From: Basidiobolus meristosporus CBS 931.73
Lineage: Eukaryota > Fungi > Basidiobolomycota
DNA length: 33,515 nt
Assembly (NCBI GenBank): GCA_002104905.1
Contig: MCFE01000819.1
Span: 1-33,515, forward strand
Direction of reading: 5' to 3'
Below are positions 32,395-33,515 of the stretch, piece by piece. Each line of letters opens with the position of its first letter. Position 1 is the stretch's first letter. The notes beneath the pieces were generated by a model. It was not told the origin of the DNA. It saw only the letters and a list, made by a program, of their open reading frames with translations, and ran no database searches. The translations under genes and the position numbers were made by a program.

Positions 32395-32658
32395 GCTGGG
32401 CTCTCAAAAGCAGATACATATACTTTTTGAGCAGTGTGAAAGTTTTGGCATAGTAAGATATTTTTGAATAAACACATTTCAAACCTACTAGTTCTTAAAA
32501 GGCTGATTAATCAAGGAACAAGTCCCTGCTTAGGGTCAGCTAAAAAAGTCCCTGCTTAGGGTCAGCTCAAGTCAGTGCATATTTAAGGGTGACTGGCAAA
32601 ATATTTGAAAAAAAAATCAAAACCACTGATTATCCCCTCCCATGTATTTTCAGCTATT

Positions 32659-32727
32659 AGCATCAGGTGGGTATTGATCCCTGGGCCTGATGAGTGCCCT
32701 GCCCAGCCTTAACCACTAGACTATGGC
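32659..32727 (-). ncRNA. tRNA-derived Pol III element, unit 4
   Basis: Identical to 29482-29550. Confidence 0.5.
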
Positions 32728-33120
32728 TATATCTTCAAGGAATCTGACAGAGGTGTGACTTGGATGGTCACTGATTGCAGCCAGCCTGATGGCATTATTG
32801 CTGGAGATTCTCAACCACTCATTCTGAGGTGATTGTGCTCAGCATGGGTTACACTGGTGATGAGTATGATCAAATCAGTTGCATGCTTGCCAACAACTGA
32901 TGGACTATCTTGCCATCACTCCTGACTTGTTATATCCTATCATAGACTCAGGCTGAGACCTATGGGGACTTCTATATATTGGCAAGATGCTGCTTCCTAC
33001 CAGCCATCCTCTCAGTCTCCTCTTCTCCCCCTCATAGCAACTGCAACTGCAACCAGGAACTTTGCTCTTGCTGATACAAGATCCTTCTCTTTTGCCACAC
33101 TCAGTCCACCACCTTTCACT

Positions 33121-33453
33121 ATGAGATCCCTTCTAAGCAGAGCCTCCCTTGTGGCCATGGTCAGTGTTCTCCTTCTGAAGACCAGCTTGGCTTTACCCCA
33201 GGTGGAGGTAGCTACCACTGGAAGTGCACTCCAGAAGAGATGGTACAACTCCTATGGATATGGTGATGATTGCTGTGATGATTATGATGATGATTGCTAT
33301 GATGACTGGGAAGATGATTGCTGCTGTGATGATGACTATGATGACTGCTATGATGATGATTATGATGACTGCTGTGAAGATGACTACTATGATGATTGCT
33401 ATGATGACTGCTATGATGACTGCTATGATGACTGCTGTGATGACTGCTGCTAG
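33121..33453 (+). CDS. Secreted Asp/Cys/Tyr-rich peptide precursor, copy 4
   Basis: Identical translation to copy 1. Confidence 0.75.
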   Translation: MRSLLSRASLVAMVSVLLLKTSLALPQVEVATTGSALQKRWYNSYGYGDDCCDDYDDDCYDDWEDDCCCDDDYDDCYDDDYDDCCEDDYYDDCYDDCYDDCYDDCCDDCC

Positions 33454-33515
33454 GCTGGGCTCTCAAAAGCAGATACATATACTTTTTGAGCAGTGTGAAA
33501 GTTTTGGCATAGTAA

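Larger units (their letters stand above)
29081..33515 (+). repeat. Tandem array, 1059-bp period, at least 4.2 units, runs off the window
   Basis: Identical ORFs recur every 1059 bp (29785, 30844, 31903, 32962). The only difference I saw is C at 29093 versus A at 30152. Confidence 0.98.

Noticed and set aside
29081-33515. Array as CRISPR or rDNA
   Set aside because: No unique spacers, the context is eukaryotic, and there is no rRNA similarity that I can recognise.

Overview
Eukaryotic DNA from an intron-rich fungus. Short GT-AG introns plus an MTA1c p1-like gene and a PDCD7/U11-59K-like gene point to an early-diverging lineage (Zoopagomycota/Mucoromycota; Basidiobolus-like is a guess). Four zones: (1) 1-3.7 kb, decayed coding relics including a multi-SH3b pseudogene. 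(2) About 4-24 kb, a CpG-rich gene island: intronless GT2 glycosyltransferase, divergent syntaxin, SED5, head-to-head RPL21/RPS9, p1-like, HGH1, PDCD7-like, COQ6, a YABBY/HMG-like protein, a GPI-anchored protein, endosulfine, GLO1 and RIM2. (3) 25-29 kb, four decayed ~350-bp solo LTRs followed by a Ty1/Copia element (5' LTR, Ty5-type PBS, gag-PR-IN with five in-frame stops) that lacks RT/RH. (4) From 29081 to the window end, a 1059-bp tandem array of at least 4.2 apparently identical, CpG-free units. Each unit encodes a 110-aa precursor (signal peptide, KR site, 70-aa Asp/Cys/Tyr peptide) and carries a tRNA-like Pol III A/B-box element on the opposite strand. The array is the best candidate for an undescribed system. 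All gene models were spliced and translated by eye; family calls rest on motif recognition, not database searches.
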